A stretch of 64,000 bases of DNA from an uncultured Trueperaceae bacterium. GTDB taxonomy: Bacteria > Deinococcota > Deinococci > Deinococcales > Trueperaceae. Below are positions 63,513 to 64,000 of this stretch, piece by piece (the stretch's first letter is position 1; every line of letters starts with the position of its first letter). The notes under the pieces were generated by a model. That model saw nothing but the letters and a program-made list of their open reading frames with translations. It was not told the origin of the DNA and did not search any database. Location of the stretch: the NCBI GenBank assembly GCA_963727505.1, contig CAVSGP010000006.1:96001-160000 (forward strand), written 5' to 3'. The position numbers and the translations under genes are program-made.

Positions 63513-64000
63513 CTACCAGCTCACCTGGGTCAAGCCTTGCCCGGTGATGGTGCCGCCGGAGGTCTGCTGGTCGCTGTAGCTGCCGCCGAGGTGGCCTGCC
63601 ACGAAGTCGATGAACTTCTGCAAGGCGTCCGTGGCGGCCTGCACCTTGGCGATGTCGAGATTCTGCGAGCCGCTCATGCCCGCGAAGGTCTGGATCCCGG
63701 TCACCAGCGACGCGCTGCTGTTCTGCATGCTGGCCTTGGCGTCGGTCAGAGTGAAGCTGTGGGCGTCCGAGGCCACCATCGAGCGCATGCTGGCGAGGGT
63801 CGCGGGCAGGGTGCCGGTGCTCTGCGCGGCCTGCAGCACGTCGTCGAGCGCCTTGTTGCTGGTGCCGATGAAGGCCTGGCCGTTCGATACCGCGTACGAG
63901 ATCTTCACGGTCGGGGCGAGGGTGACGGTGGTGACGGTCACGTTGCCGACCTGGTGGGTGTCGGCCGGGGCCGGTGCGCTGTTGCCCGACGGGTTGGTGA
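63513..64000 (-). CDS. C-terminal part of a hypothetical (probably exported) protein, runs off window end
   Basis: Frame is open from the window edge to TAG at 63513; Thr/Ser/Gln-rich; ends ...GLTQVSW. Confidence 0.75.
   Translation of the reverse strand, partial: TNPSGNSAPAPADTHQVGNVTVTTVTLAPTVKISYAVSNGQAFIGTSNKALDDVLQAAQSTGTLPATLASMRSMVASDAHSFTLTDAKASMQNSSASLVTGIQTFAGMSGSQNLDIAKVQAATDALQKFIDFVAGHLGGSYSDQQTSGGTITGQGLTQVSW

Overview
A very GC-rich bacterial chromosome window, most likely Deinococcota (Trueperaceae-like). That assignment is inferred from the Thermus/Deinococcus-type proS and metG, a loop-less CC-adding-type tRNA nucleotidyltransferase, and a TANNNT -10 box 5-9 nt before many start codons (leaderless mRNAs). 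It is mostly housekeeping and metabolic genes: comM/yifB, degV, asd, proB, hisZG, corA, a peptide ABC transporter plus amidohydrolase, a GH65/beta-phosphoglucomutase fusion, radical SAM, M24 and M29 peptidases, fadIJ, an FMN-riboswitch-controlled ribD-ribE-ribBA operon, recQ, a Liv-type ABC transporter, metG, a ParB-like/USP fusion, proS, ilvE, galE, ribH, VIT1, an ExeM nuclease and coaE. I found no mobile element, CRISPR array, rRNA or tRNA. The most interesting signals are unannotated leader-peptide systems. (1) At 45084-46028, a sigma70 promoter with an operator palindrome is followed by Pro-Pro leader ORFs, a terminator/antiterminator switch and two related small Arg-rich proteins. (2) A leaderless Met-containing 13-aa leader with a terminator/antiterminator sits upstream of metG. 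(3) A leaderless Pro-containing uORF is coupled to corA. A truncated NUDIX remnant and a solo PIN-like protein are also noted. All product calls come from motif recognition by eye; no database searches were run.
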